Program-made: the position numbers and the translations under genes | Shown here: positions 29,714-40,423 of the stretch, one piece after another | Layout: every line of letters starts with the position of its first letter | How positions within the stretch are numbered: position 1 is the stretch's first letter | Notes under the pieces: model-generated | Told to the model about the DNA's origin: nothing | The model's database searches: none | What the model saw: the letters and a program-made list of their open reading frames with translations, nothing else | DNA from: an uncultured Chloroflexia bacterium | Lineage (GTDB): Bacteria > Chloroflexota > Limnocylindria > Limnocylindrales > CSP1-4 | NCBI GenBank assembly: GCA_963835945.1 | Contig: CAWIHR010000054.1 | Span: forward strand, 8,727-72,726 | Reading direction: 5' to 3' | DNA: 64,000 nucleotides

Positions 29714-31309
29714 GCCGGCGGCAGGAAGCTCGACTGGCCAAGCTCGAGGCGGCGTACGCCGCCGACCGACTGCGCCGAGCGGCAGCCAAGGATCGGCTCG
29801 CCCGACCGATGCCGCCGAACCCGACGACCACGCTGGCGTTCGCGGAGAGGTTCCGGCACTTCTCGATCACCCCGACGCCGTGGTTCCATGCCGCGTGGTT
29901 CGCGGCCATGGACGACCCCGCGCTCAGGCGCATCTTCGTCATGGGTCCGCGCCAGCACGCAAAGACGACCACGCTCATGACCCACGCCTTGCGCCGCGTC
30001 TGCGAGAACCATCACCTGCGCATCGGCATCATTAGCCAAACCGATGAGATGGCGAAGCATTTCCTCGGCGAGATCAAGCACGAGCTGGAGGCCAACGAGG
30101 AGCTGATCGAGCAGTACGCGACGCGGGACGCGTACGGACGGCCGCTCCCGTTCCGGGGTGACACTTGGACCACGCACCAGATCGTCCTCAGTGACGCCCG
30201 GGATGGCCCGGACGGCCTCAGCGGCAAAGACGTGTCGATCTTCGCCGTCGGCCGCGGGGGCCAGATCACTGGCCGTCACTGCGACTTGCTGTTCGTCGAC
30301 GACCTCGAGACGAAGGAGGCGACCGACAGCGACACGGTGCGGCAGCGCACCCGGGAGTGGTGGTCGAGAGAGGTCGAGCCCGTGCTCGTGCCGGGTGGCA
30401 AGCTGATCGGCACAGGCACGCGAAAGCACTTCGACGACATCTATTCGTACTGGCTGCGACCCGGCTCAGGCTGGCACGTCGTGGACGTGGTCAAGTCTGT
30501 GTTCAAGCCCGATGGCACGCCGATCTGGCCGGAGATGTGGTCGAAGGAGGCGCTAGCCGAGCGCAAGGCCAGCATGGACCAGCAGGATCTGCTGGCGTGG
30601 CCGCAGGAGTATCTCAACGAGCCACGTCCGGCCGAAACTCAGATGTTTTATCCCGACGCGTGGCCCACGTTCGTCAAGCCGCCGTTCGGGCTGACGATCC
30701 TGCAGTACTGGGACCTCGCCATCAGCGAGCGCACTGGCGCCGACTACACGGTCGGCTGGACCATCGGCGTGGACGACAACAACAACATCTTCCTGCTCGA
30801 ACGCCGCCGGGGCCACTGGGATTTCAACACGACGCTGGCCGAGATCGGCAGCATGGGCGCCGCGTGGCCGGTCGTGCAGGCCATCGGGATCGAGCAGGTC
30901 GCGTATCAGGCGGCAGCCGTGCAGGAGGCGCTGCGGCGCACGATGCTGCCGATCGTGCCGGACAAGATCACGGGCGGCGACAAGGACAAGGTGACGCGTG
31001 CGACGGCTGCTCGAGGCACGTGCCGCCGCCAAGAAGGTGGTCCGCCCAGCAGACGCGCCATGGTGGGTCGAGTTCGCGCAGGAGGCCCTGTACTTCCCGG
31101 CCGGTTCCCACGATGACCAGATCGATGCACTGTCAGGTGCCGTCAGGCTGGCTGGCTTCTCGGCGTCGTCGATCGCCTGGCAGTATGGCGTGTGGGAGTG
31201 CCTCAACCCCACCTGCAAGCACCAGTTCCGTCAGGAGAAAGGGCGCCACTGCCCGAAGTGCGGCCTGCAGGTGCCTGACACGTACGAGAACCCGGAGATG
31301 GCGGGGTAG
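29710..31309 (+). CDS. terL: Phage terminase large subunit with C-terminal Zn ribbon, frameshift near 31000
   Basis: PRQHAKTT Walker A, LLFVDD Walker B, nuclease motifs WDLA...DYT and HDDQIDA, and tail CLNPTC...CPKC. Confidence 0.88.
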
Positions 31310-31329
31310 GCGGGCTGTCGCCACCAGCC

Positions 31330-31398
31330 GGTGACGTGCCAGGCTGCCGATCGCTGTGCCCGGAGCGGTGTTTCTCGAACGAGCGAGGCCTGTGCGCG
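31330..31398 (+). repeat. ~68-bp imperfect direct repeat, copy A
   Basis: GGTGACGTGCCAGGCTGCCGATCGCTGTGCCCGGAGCGGTGTTTCTCGAACGAGCGAGGCCTGTGCGCG, matching 34348-34415. Confidence 0.85.
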
Positions 31399-31485
31399 AA
31401 TCGCCCGATGTTGCCCCCTCGGCGTACCCACATGTGCTGCACTCCTAATGATCCGATCAGATCATAAGGACGCTACACTCACGAG

Positions 31486-31941
31486 ATGTCCGCGCTGTAT
31501 ACCGCCCGACAACGCGCCGCCTGGTTCCGGTGGCGGGCAGCGCATGACGCCTCGATCAGCGCCACCTGCCGCCACTTTGGGATTGCCCGCTCGACGTTCT
31601 ACCGCGCGCGCCGCCGCAGGGATGAGGAGCGCCTGCGTCGGCTCCTGGCTGGCACGAAGGGGACGCCGTCACCCCGCACGCCGCAAGGACGACCCCGGGT
31701 GTACTGGACGGCGATCAATCTCGAGCTCGTTAGCCGGCTGGACCTCGAACATCCCCGTTGGGGCAAGCGTCAGGTGCACGCGGAACTCGTGGCCCACGGC
31801 TTCCCGATGTCGGAGGCCACGATTGGGCGAATGCTCCGCGAGGTCCGTCGGCGCTGCCCGGTGTGCCAGGGCGAGGGCATCCACCGCAGCCTCAGCCATA
31901 CGCTCGAAGGAGGCATCCGCCGCAGTAAGGCGTACTGGTAA
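31486..31941 (+). CDS. IS481-like double-HTH protein lacking the DDE domain
   Basis: SATCRHFGIARSTFYR, HPRWGKRQV and SEATIGRML, followed by CPVC...H...H. Confidence 0.75.
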   Translation: MSALYTARQRAAWFRWRAAHDASISATCRHFGIARSTFYRARRRRDEERLRRLLAGTKGTPSPRTPQGRPRVYWTAINLELVSRLDLEHPRWGKRQVHAELVAHGFPMSEATIGRMLREVRRRCPVCQGEGIHRSLSHTLEGGIRRSKAYW

Positions 31942-32476
31942 GCCCCGAGGCGGCTCGATGCCGTGCCGGCGCCGGACAGCTCGGGACCCCTACGACGAGG
32001 TCCAAACGATACGCCGGGGAACGCCAGCGTCTCGAGGTGTCCTCGCGCGACGCCCAGCTCATCGTGCTGCTCATCGCGGCCCCCTCGGCAGCCGCGTTCG
32101 ACACGTTCGAGCCGCTCGCCGAGCAGGTCCTCAACAGCCTGACGTTCCCTCCGCGCCGGCTGAGCAGGCTGCCCGCGACCCAGGGCAACGGGCCATAGAA
32201 CCGGCTATCGTCGGGGCGAGAGGGCTTGACCACGCCGTTCCCACATGCCAGATCGTGGTACCGACGTGCATCACGGACGCTCCAAGCTAAGAGGAAGATC
32301 AGGATGACCATCCGTACCGTCACGAAGGTCGTCTCCGACCCAGCGTGTTGGGCCGAGGAGCACGCGGCCGTCGAGTCGCTCGTGCACGAACTTCCTGCCG
32401 CGCATGACCACGCGCCCGGACGGTACGGGGCACGAGAGGCGGCACGGGAGCCGGAGGCCGTGGCCGGCGGCCGACA

Positions 32477-33340
32477 GTGACCGCGACCACTATCGCAATC
32501 GTCGGAGGACTCGGGGCGGCCATCTGCTGGACCGTCACCACCATGTCGTCGGCGGAGGCCAGCCGCCTGATCGGCGCCCGGCTCACGCTTGCCTGGGTCA
32601 TGACGATCGGGCTCGTGATCGTGGCGCCGTTCGTGCTGACGGAGCCCGTGACCCTCGATCCGCGCTCGGCCTTCTGGCTCTTCCTCGTCGGTGCCGGCAA
32701 CGTGGTCGGACTGCTGTTGGAGTACGCGGGGCTTCGGCTGGGCCGAGTTGGGGTTGTCGCACCCATCGCCTCTGCCGAAGGAGCCGTCGCCGCGATCCTC
32801 GCGGTCATCGCGGGGGAGGCCATCGCGCCGGCCGTGGGCGCCTCGCTCGCGCTGATCGCCGGCGGCGTTGTGCTGGCGGCAGGACTCGATCCGTCGTCGA
32901 AGCAGGAAGAGGGCGAGCGGACGGCCCGGCTGGTGCCGGCGCTGTTCGGGCTCGGCGCGGCCCTGGCGTTCGGGACCGTGCTCTTCTCGGCAGGACAGGT
33001 GAGCGCTGACCTTCCGATCGCCTGGGTCGTCCTGCCGGCGCGCTTGGTCGGGTTCGTGTTCATCGCCCTGCCCCTGCTGTTCACGAGGAACCTGCGACTG
33101 ACCCGGCAGGCGGCGCCGTTCGTGACGGCGTCAGGCGTGATGGAGGTCGTGGGGTTCGCGATCTACACCGTCGCGTCCGAGCACGGGATCGCCATCGCGT
33201 CCGTGCTGAGCTCCGAGTTCGCGGCCATTGCGGCGGTGGCGGCATGGGTGCTGTTCCACGAGCGCCTCAGCCGCATTCAGGTCACGGGCGTGGGGGCGAT
33301 TGCCGTGGGCGTGGCCTTGCTCGCGGCGTTTCGCGCCTGA
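32477..33340 (+). CDS. EamA/DMT-family transporter
   Basis: About 10 TM segments in two repeats, ending HERLSRIQ. Confidence 0.9.
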   Translation: MTATTIAIVGGLGAAICWTVTTMSSAEASRLIGARLTLAWVMTIGLVIVAPFVLTEPVTLDPRSAFWLFLVGAGNVVGLLLEYAGLRLGRVGVVAPIASAEGAVAAILAVIAGEAIAPAVGASLALIAGGVVLAAGLDPSSKQEEGERTARLVPALFGLGAALAFGTVLFSAGQVSADLPIAWVVLPARLVGFVFIALPLLFTRNLRLTRQAAPFVTASGVMEVVGFAIYTVASEHGIAIASVLSSEFAAIAAVAAWVLFHERLSRIQVTGVGAIAVGVALLAAFRA

Positions 33341-33416
33341 GGATCGGTCGAGGTCGTCGCGTCAAGGTTGCTCGCGTTGCCGCCCAGTGAGCGGCGGCCT
33401 CCTTCCAGCGGCTGCC

Positions 33417-34316
33417 TCAGTCCACCCCGACCGGCACTTCGGCCCGCGCCAGGAGTTCGTCGAGGATCTCAGGCTCGCGCCGGGCGGTGACGAGATGACC
33501 GGCCACTTCCCAGGCGACGAGCCGGGCGTGCGGCAGACGCGCGACGAGCCGTTGCGCGGCCGAGAAGGGACAGTTGCGGTCGGCGCGGCTGTGCCACCAG
33601 GTGACGCTGCTCGTCACCGCGCCCAAGTCGACGTCCGGCCACTCGCCGTTGATCACGAGCGCCTCGTCGAGCCAGCCGTCCACCCCCGGCGCCAGCGCCT
33701 CGCACAGGCCCCGCCCGAAGCCGGCCATCCAGGCCGGGTCGGCCAGGATCGCTTGGTCCTCGGGTGGAGCGGTGGCCATCATGTCGCGGAACCCGGCCAC
33801 CGGGTCGGCCAGGATCGCCGCGCGAGCCTCGCCCAGCATGGCGCGCAGCGCGTCGACCTGGCCCGCCCGCGCCAGCCCATCGCCTGTGACGTTGAAGGCG
33901 ACCTGCTGGCGGACTTCGTCGTCGGTGAGGGGGGCGATGCCCTCGACCACCGTACAGGCCGATACCCGCTCGGGATGGCGCGCCGCGAAGGCGAGGATGT
34001 GGGGCGCCGCCCCGCTGCCCCCATACACGGGTACCCGAGAGATCCCGAGGTGGTCGAGGATCGCCGCCAGGTCGTCCGCGTGTTCGCTGAAGCCTCGCCC
34101 TGGCAGCCGCGTCGAGGCACCGAAGCCCTGGCGCTCGACTGTGAGCGCCCGCAGGCCGCGCTCGATCCAGGGTGTCCGGTCGGGCGGCAGCGAGAGGCGT
34201 GACCCCGGGGTGCCCGGCAGGCGCAGGACCGGCCGTCCGTGCTCCACGCCGCACTCGCTCCAGGCGACGATCCGCCCGTCGGAACGGACGAGGCGCCCTT
34301 CCCGCACGTCGCTCAT
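33417..34316 (-). CDS. Alpha/beta hydrolase
   Basis: PGTPGSR, GFGAS, GGSGAAP nucleophile elbow and GH. Confidence 0.88.
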   Translation of the reverse strand: MSDVREGRLVRSDGRIVAWSECGVEHGRPVLRLPGTPGSRLSLPPDRTPWIERGLRALTVERQGFGASTRLPGRGFSEHADDLAAILDHLGISRVPVYGGSGAAPHILAFAARHPERVSACTVVEGIAPLTDDEVRQQVAFNVTGDGLARAGQVDALRAMLGEARAAILADPVAGFRDMMATAPPEDQAILADPAWMAGFGRGLCEALAPGVDGWLDEALVINGEWPDVDLGAVTSSVTWWHSRADRNCPFSAAQRLVARLPHARLVAWEVAGHLVTARREPEILDELLARAEVPVGVD

Positions 34317-34347
34317 CGCCGACGAGGGTACGCGCGTCCACTTGCCA

Positions 34348-34415
34348 GGTAACGCGCCAGGCTCCCGATCGCTGTGCCCGGAGCAGTGTTCTCGAACAAG
34401 CCAGGCCTGTGCGCG
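34348..34415 (+). repeat. ~68-bp imperfect direct repeat, copy B
   Basis: GGTAACGCGCCAGGCTCCCGATCGCTGTGCCCGGAGCAGTGTTCTCGAACAAGCCAGGCCTGTGCGCG. Confidence 0.85.
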
Positions 34416-34532
34416 CCTTGTCTGGCCCGCCATCCCGACGCGACTGGGCCCCTCGGGCCGCGACCAACGCGGCTCCCAGGTCGTAAGCACGGCAGTGCAG
34501 ATGCGCGTCACAGAGCGGACTGCGCCCGCTCG

Positions 34533-34765
34533 TCACGCATCCTGGCTTGCCGCACAGTTATCGACGGCGAGCATCACCTCGGTGGACTTGATGACCGCGA
34601 CCACTCGCTTGCCAGGCACGAGTCCGAGCTGCGAGCGGACTCCGCCGTGATCGCGGACACGAGCTCGTGCCCGCCCTCGACATCGACCACGACCTCGGCC
34701 ATCACCTGGCCTTGGGTCACCGTCCGGACCGTGCCCGGCAGCTGATTGCGTGCGCTGATCTTCAT
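34533..34765 (-). CDS. mop: Molybdenum-pterin-binding (TOBE/molbindin) protein, frameshifted
   Basis: MKISARNQLPGTV...SAIT..S/LGL...VIKSTEVM. Confidence 0.85.
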
Positions 34766-34895
34766 GTCGCTTGTCCTTCCCGGTTCGGGCCGATCGATGT
34801 GGTCGCGCCCGCGAGTGGGTTCCGTAGCCATCGGGCGCGGTGGCCCACGTCGGCGGGCCGCCATCCTACCCCAGCCAGCCGTGTGACGGAACGGC

Positions 34896-35763
34896 TCAGG
34901 CGCCGACGCGCAGGTCCAGAACGCGTCCCCAGTGAAACGCCCGCACCGCGACCAGGACGCCGAAGGCGGCCAGCACCAGGATCGCCGCAGCCGCGATCGA
35001 ACTCTCCAGGTCCCCGCCTTCGAACTGGCCGTACACCAGCAGCGGAAGGGTCTGGGTCCGGCCTTCGACGTTACCCGCGAACATGATGGTGGCGCCGAAC
35101 TCGCCGAGCGAGCGCGCCCAGCTCATGACCAGGCCCGCGGCCAGGGCCGGGCTCGCGAGCGGGAGCGTGATCGAGCGGAAGAGCTGCCACTCCGACGCCC
35201 CGTCGACGCGGGCCGCGTCCTCGAGGTCGCGATCGATCGCCGGCAAAGCCGGTGCGGGCCGAGCGGATGAAGAACGGGGCGGCAACGAAGGTCTGGGCGA
35301 GGATCACGGCGGCCGTCGTGAACGGCAGCTCGACCCCGAACGCCTCGAGCGCTGGACCCAGGAGCCCCTCCCGGCCGAGGGCAAGGAGTAGGGCGAGCCC
35401 TGCCACCGACGGCGGCAGGACGATGGGCAGGTCGACGACCGCTTCCAGGAGCGAGGAGCCGTAAAACGATCGCCGGGCCAGGACGAGCGCGAGGGGCAGC
35501 CCGAACACCACGGTCACGACGAGGCTGACGGCGGTGGTCAGCGAGGCTCAGGCTCAAGGCATCGAGCACGACCGCCGTGCCGAGCGCGTGGGCGAACGAT
35601 CCGTCCACGACGGCGCGGACGACGAGCGTGACGACCGGCAGGGCGAGGAACAGCGCGCCGAGGCCGGTGATGGCCCAGAGGGATCGACCCCCGGGTCCGG
35701 GCGCCCGACGCGACCGGACGAGTGGTCAGGCTCGTGGCCGCCATCGACCCTCTCGGCCGTCAC
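34896..35763 (-). CDS. modB: Molybdate ABC transporter permease, frameshifted
   Basis: [26 protein letters not shown] and [17 protein letters not shown]. Confidence 0.9.
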
Positions 35764-35774
35764 GGCCCGTCCGC

Positions 35775-36607
35775 TCAGGACGGGGCGGCAGGAAGCCGAA
35801 CGAGGCGAGGATGGCCTGACCAGCAGGGCCCGGCCAACCAGGTGAGGAATGCCTGCGCCGCCGCGAGGTTCTTCGGTGCCTTCGACGACGACGCCCGCGT
35901 AGGTCGCCGGCACGTTGGCGGCGGCCGGCACCGCGATGGTCGTGACCTTCGGCGTGGTCCGGGCGTCAGTGACATACACGATCCCCGCGTCACCCTCCCC
36001 GAGCGAGACCTTGGTCGACCACGACCGAGACGTCGTCCTCTTTCGATACGACGTTGGCTTGTAGGCGGCGACGAAGTCAGCCGGGTAGGCCGGCTGCTTG
36101 GCGAGGTTGGCCACCAGCTGCGCGGCGTACACGGCGATCGGCACGCTGTCGGCTGCCGCGATGATCTTGACGCCCGGCTTGGCGAGGTCGGCCGGGGTCG
36201 TGATGCCGGCCGGGTTGGCAGTCGGCACGATGATCGCGAGCAGGTTCCCCGCGAAATTCACGGCCGGGCCGGCGGCGAGGCCCTTGGCCACGAGCTTCTG
36301 GGGGTTGGCCATGTCGGCCGAGAGGAAGACGTCGGCAGGCGCGCCCTGCTCGATCTGGGTCTCGAGGGCGGTCGAAGAGCCGGTCGAAATGGTGAGAGAC
36401 ACACCCGGGTACGCGGCCTCGTAGGCCGTCTTCACCTTGGCGAGCACGGCGCTAAGAGACGCCGCGCCGTAGATCGTCAGGCTGCCCGAGGCCGCCGTGC
36501 TGGCGGCGGGGGGCGGAGGTGACGGCCGGTGCTGCCGTCGCGGCGCTGGAGCAGCCCGCGAGGACAAGGGTGATGACGGCGAGCGACGCCAACAGCCGGG
36601 ATCTCAT
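35775..36607 (-). CDS. modA: Molybdate ABC transporter substrate-binding protein, frameshifted
   Basis: GAASL, QIEQGAPADVFLSA and GEGDAGIVYVTDA. Confidence 0.9.
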
Positions 36608-37014
36608 GCGCGGGTCTCCTTCGATGCGGGAACCTCGATGATCACGTTGGTCGCCTTGACGACACCCACCGCCTCGTCACCTACCCGCAGCCCGAGCTCC
36701 TCGACGGCCTCCGCGGTGAGGAGGCTGACGAGCCGATGCGGTCCAGCCTGCACCTCGACCACCGCCGCGACCCCGTCTCGCTCGATGCGGGTCACGATGC
36801 CCGGGAAGCGATTGCGCGCCGACTGGGCGACGATCGGACGGTCGCTCGCAGCCTTGCGGCGCTCGTCGAGGAGGCGCGTGACCTCGTCGATGTCGACCAC
36901 CCGCTGGCCGCCAGCGGAGCGCTCCATGCGGAGGCGTCCCTCGGTCTCCCAGCGTCGCAGCGTCTCGACCGAGACGCCCAGCATCTCAGCCGCCTGACCG
37001 ACGCGAACCAGACA
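36604..37014 (-). CDS. MerR-type HTH + TOBE molybdate-responsive regulator (start approximate)
   Basis: GQAAEMLGVSVETLRRW, SARNRFPG and VVKATNV. Confidence 0.88.
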   Translation of the reverse strand, partial: CLVRVGQAAEMLGVSVETLRRWETEGRLRMERSAGGQRVVDIDEVTRLLDERRKAASDRPIVAQSARNRFPGIVTRIERDGVAAVVEVQAGPHRLVSLLTAEAVEELGLRVGDEAVGVVKATNVIIEVPASKETRA

Positions 37015-37131
37015 CGCCGGGTGCTCGCCTTCCCCTGACGTACCGATGATCGTGCCGGGATTGACGGGCCTCATAGCGATGTATTGTGGCATACGTGGTA
37101 GGAACGGGTGAACATGCTCGGCCCGGCGGGC

Positions 37132-38010
37132 ATGGGCAACCAACGACAAGGCCTGAATTTCCCTAAGGCCGCTGCACCTCGTGCCAGGCACCTCCCTGCC
37201 GTCGCAGTTCGTCGGCGCCGTCTTGGTGCGGGACCTGGTGGTGGACGGGGAGCGCTGGTCGAAGGGCCGCCGGCTCAGTCCGGCCGACATCGTGCATCTC
37301 GCGAGCCCTGACACGCTAATCGACGAGGGCGAGGTGCACGAGGACGAGGCGGGGCTGCGTCTGGCGGCTGCGGTCGGCGGCGCGGGCGTGTGGCTGCGGG
37401 GCCCCACCGAGAGCCGCGTTGATCTCGTGGCGACGGCCGCCGGCGGGGCTCCATGTCAGGGTGGCAGACCTGGAGCGCGTCAACCGCGTCGATCCGCTGG
37501 AGGTGTTCACCCTGCTGGATGGCCAGACGGTAAACGCCGGCGAGGTGGTCGCCAGCGTCAAGATCGGGCCTCACGCGGTGGACGCGGCCGTACTCGACCG
37601 CGGGATCGCGTTGGCCGACAGCGCGGGCCTATCGTGCGCGTGGCCCGCTTTCTGCCTCACCGGGTCGCCCTCCTCGTTAAGGACTCAGCCCGCGCACCGG
37701 CTCGCGAGGGGTTCGAGGAGGGGATGCGCGCCCGCATCGAGTCGCTCGGCTCGACGCTGACCGCTCTCTCGTACGTCCCCGCTGACCCGCAGGCTGTGGC
37801 CGCCGATCTCGGGCCGCTCGTACGCGGACGCGACAGGGTCGACCTCATGCTGATCGTGAATGGCGTCAGCACCGATCCCGGCGACGCCTGCTTCGTCGCC
37901 ATCGAGGCCCTCGGCGGGCGCGTCGCGCGGCGGGGGGTACCCGCGAACCCGGGCTCGATGACCTGGCTCGCCCGCATCGGCGCCACCGACCTGTTGGGCT
38001 ATGCGTCAGG
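37132..38010 (+). pseudogene. Molybdopterin-binding (MoeA-like) protein, frameshifted and apparently truncated at the 3' end
   Basis: KGRRL, EVHEDEAG, GEVVASVKI, STDPGD and GVPANPGSMTWL. Collides with the convergent MFS gene. Confidence 0.65.
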
Positions 38011-39445
38011 CGGCGCTGCCCGCAGCCACCGCCCGGCCCACCGCGACGGCCGTACGGTGTGCCCAGGCGGTCGTGGTGATGAGCGCGAGCGCGATGACGA
38101 AGACACCCGCGCCGGCCATGACCCACCAGGCTGGATGGCTGGCCGGGGCGAGGCCTGTTTGGATTGAGCCGTGGAGGCTGGACGCAAGCAGCGCGCCCGC
38201 CACCGCGACGCCCAGGGTCATGCCCACCTGGCGGCCGGTCGAGACGATCGCGGCCGCCACCCCCGATTGCGCGCGCGGCATGCCCGAGAGCGCGGTGTTG
38301 TTGACGGGGGCACTCACCGTGCCGAAGCCCAGCCCGAAGACGACGTAGGCAGCGAGCAGCCAGCCGACCGATGTGGTCGCGGTGAGCCCGGTGAGCATCA
38401 CCGCGCAGAGCGTGAACGCGGCACCCGCCCCCAACAGCGAGAGTCGCGCACCGCGGTTTGCCACGAGCCGGCCCGAGAGCGGACCCGAGATCATGGCCGC
38501 CGCCGCCACGGGCACGAAGAGGAGCCCCGCGTGCAGCGCGGAGTAGCCGCGCACCTCTTGGAGATAGAGCGTCGTGAGCAAGGCGAAGCCACCCACCGCG
38601 GCGAACGCGATAAGCGCGATGGCCGTCGCTCCCGAGAACGGCACGCTGGCGAAGAACCGCAGTTCCAGCAAGGGTTCAGCGTGGCGTGGCTCATAGACGA
38701 GGAGGCCGATCAGCGCGAGCGCCGCCAGGGCGACGCAGGCGAGGATGGCAGGCGAGGTCCAGCCCATATCCGGCCCCTCGATGATGGCGTACGTCAGGGT
38801 CGTCAGCATGCCGATGACGAGCACCTGGCCCACCGGGTCGACGCGGCGGGGGTGGGCGGCCCTGGACTCCGGGACGAAGCGCGCCGTCAGGAGCAGCGCC
38901 ACGAGGGCGATGGGCACGTTGACCCAGAAGAGCGAGCGCCAGCCCAAGGAGGCCTGCAGGAGCAACCCACCGACCAGGGGCCCGAGCGCCATGCTGAGCC
39001 CGAACACCCCGGCCCACACGCCGACCGCGCGGGAGCGCTCCCGATCATCGGTGAAGACGTTGCTGATGATGGAGAGGGCTACCGGGTTCAGCATTGAGCC
39101 ACCGATGCCCTGGATCGCCCGGAACGCGATGAGCCAGTTGATGTCCGGCGCCAGGCTGCACAGGAGCGAGGCGCTGCCGAACAGGGCCAGGCCGGCCAGG
39201 AAGACCCGGCGCCGGCCGAGTCGGTCCGCCAGGGAGCCCGAGAGCATGAGCAGGCTGCCGAGGACGAGGGCATAGGCGTCGATCGTCCATTGCAGTCCCG
39301 AGATCCCCGCGTGCAGGTCCTGAGCGATCGTGGGCAGGGCGATGTTCACGATCGTCGTGTCCATACCCACCATGAACAGGCTCAGGCAGCAGATGGCCAG
39401 GATGAACATCCGTCCCCGGTAGGTGCGGTCCGGCTGGGCGGTCAT
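38006..39445 (-). CDS. DHA2 (EmrB/QacA-like) MFS efflux transporter
   Basis: DTTIVNIALP, LADRLGRRRVF and WRSLFWVNVP. About 14 TM segments. Confidence 0.93.
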   Translation of the reverse strand: MTAQPDRTYRGRMFILAICCLSLFMVGMDTTIVNIALPTIAQDLHAGISGLQWTIDAYALVLGSLLMLSGSLADRLGRRRVFLAGLALFGSASLLCSLAPDINWLIAFRAIQGIGGSMLNPVALSIISNVFTDDRERSRAVGVWAGVFGLSMALGPLVGGLLLQASLGWRSLFWVNVPIALVALLLTARFVPESRAAHPRRVDPVGQVLVIGMLTTLTYAIIEGPDMGWTSPAILACVALAALALIGLLVYEPRHAEPLLELRFFASVPFSGATAIALIAFAAVGGFALLTTLYLQEVRGYSALHAGLLFVPVAAAAMISGPLSGRLVANRGARLSLLGAGAAFTLCAVMLTGLTATTSVGWLLAAYVVFGLGFGTVSAPVNNTALSGMPRAQSGVAAAIVSTGRQVGMTLGVAVAGALLASSLHGSIQTGLAPASHPAWWVMAGAGVFVIALALITTTAWAHRTAVAVGRAVAAGSAA

Positions 39446-40119
39446 GCCGGTCGGGTCTCCGAGGCGGGTTGTCCTGGGGGGCTCATCCGAGGCGACTGCG
39501 GCGCGAGGTAGCTGCGAGCGAGGGCGGTGCAGGCCGCGATCCACCGCTCGCGCTCCCCGCCGGCGAGCACGGCGTCGGCCGCGGCGTGGACGGCGGCGAA
39601 GAGCAGCTGGGCGGCGGCCTCGGCATCGACCGGCCCAAAGCATCCCTCGGCGACCCCCCGCTCGATCGCCGCCGCGAGCAGCGCCGGACCGGATCGCGAC
39701 GCCCCGGCAGGATCACGAGGCAGGACCGCATGGAAGATCAGGGCGTGGTGGCGGCCGAACTCGGCGACCATGTCGACGAAGCGCCCACACTGATCCTCGA
39801 GGACGGCCCACCAGTCGACGCGGTCGGGGGCGGCGAGGGCGTCTCGGATCGGTGCATTGCACTCCTCAATGAGGCGCGCGCGGACGACGGCGAGCATGTC
39901 TTCCCAGGACGGGAAGTACACGTAGAACGTGCCCTTGGCGGCGCCTGCCGCCTGCGTCACCTCCGCGACCCAGTTGCCCTCGTCCACGCCGGCGCGCAAG
40001 ACCCCGATGGCGGCGTCGATCAGCTCGGCCCGGCGATCGTCGGGCGCCAGTCGCCGCCGGCGCAGCGCTGAGGCGGACGGGGCCCCCGTCACGTCGCTGC
40101 CTGCCCCGACTCTTGCCAT
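39442..40119 (-). CDS. TetR-family regulator
   Basis: VTQAAGAAKGTFYVYF HTH. Overlaps the MFS start. Confidence 0.9.
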   Translation of the reverse strand: MARVGAGSDVTGAPSASALRRRRLAPDDRRAELIDAAIGVLRAGVDEGNWVAEVTQAAGAAKGTFYVYFPSWEDMLAVVRARLIEECNAPIRDALAAPDRVDWWAVLEDQCGRFVDMVAEFGRHHALIFHAVLPRDPAGASRSGPALLAAAIERGVAEGCFGPVDAEAAAQLLFAAVHAAADAVLAGGERERWIAACTALARSYLAPQSPRMSPPGQPASETRPA

Positions 40120-40139
40120 GCCTATCTCCCCTCGGCTAG

Positions 40140-40173
40140 TGACCTCGGGTCATCATATCCTGACCTCAGGTCA
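40140..40173. promoter_or_regulatory. Tandem palindromic TetR operators
   Basis: TGACCTCGGGTCA (40140-40152) and TGACCTCAGGTCA (40161-40173). Confidence 0.7.
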
Positions 40174-40423
40174 CTACGCAAGAGGGGAGGCGCAGTTAGC
40201 TCAGGAGGGAGGCTGTCGCGTCGGGACGGCGCTCCGAAATCGGCCCCGCATTTTGGCCCAGATCGAGTGGCAGCTGGCGGTCACCGGGGACGCCTCAAAC
40301 TGACGTACCGGCTACCGTGGCCCAGCTCGGAGAGCGGCCCGGATGGTCGCACGGTGTGACGTAGGACCTCCTAGGGTTCGCTGCGCGAGCGTTGGGGGTT
40401 CACGTCCCGGGGTGGCCGCTGAT

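Noticed and set aside
37040-37130. ModE box or Moco riboswitch in the mod divergent region
   Set aside because: Only a weak palindrome (GTAT-N6-ATAC) with no convincing consensus match.
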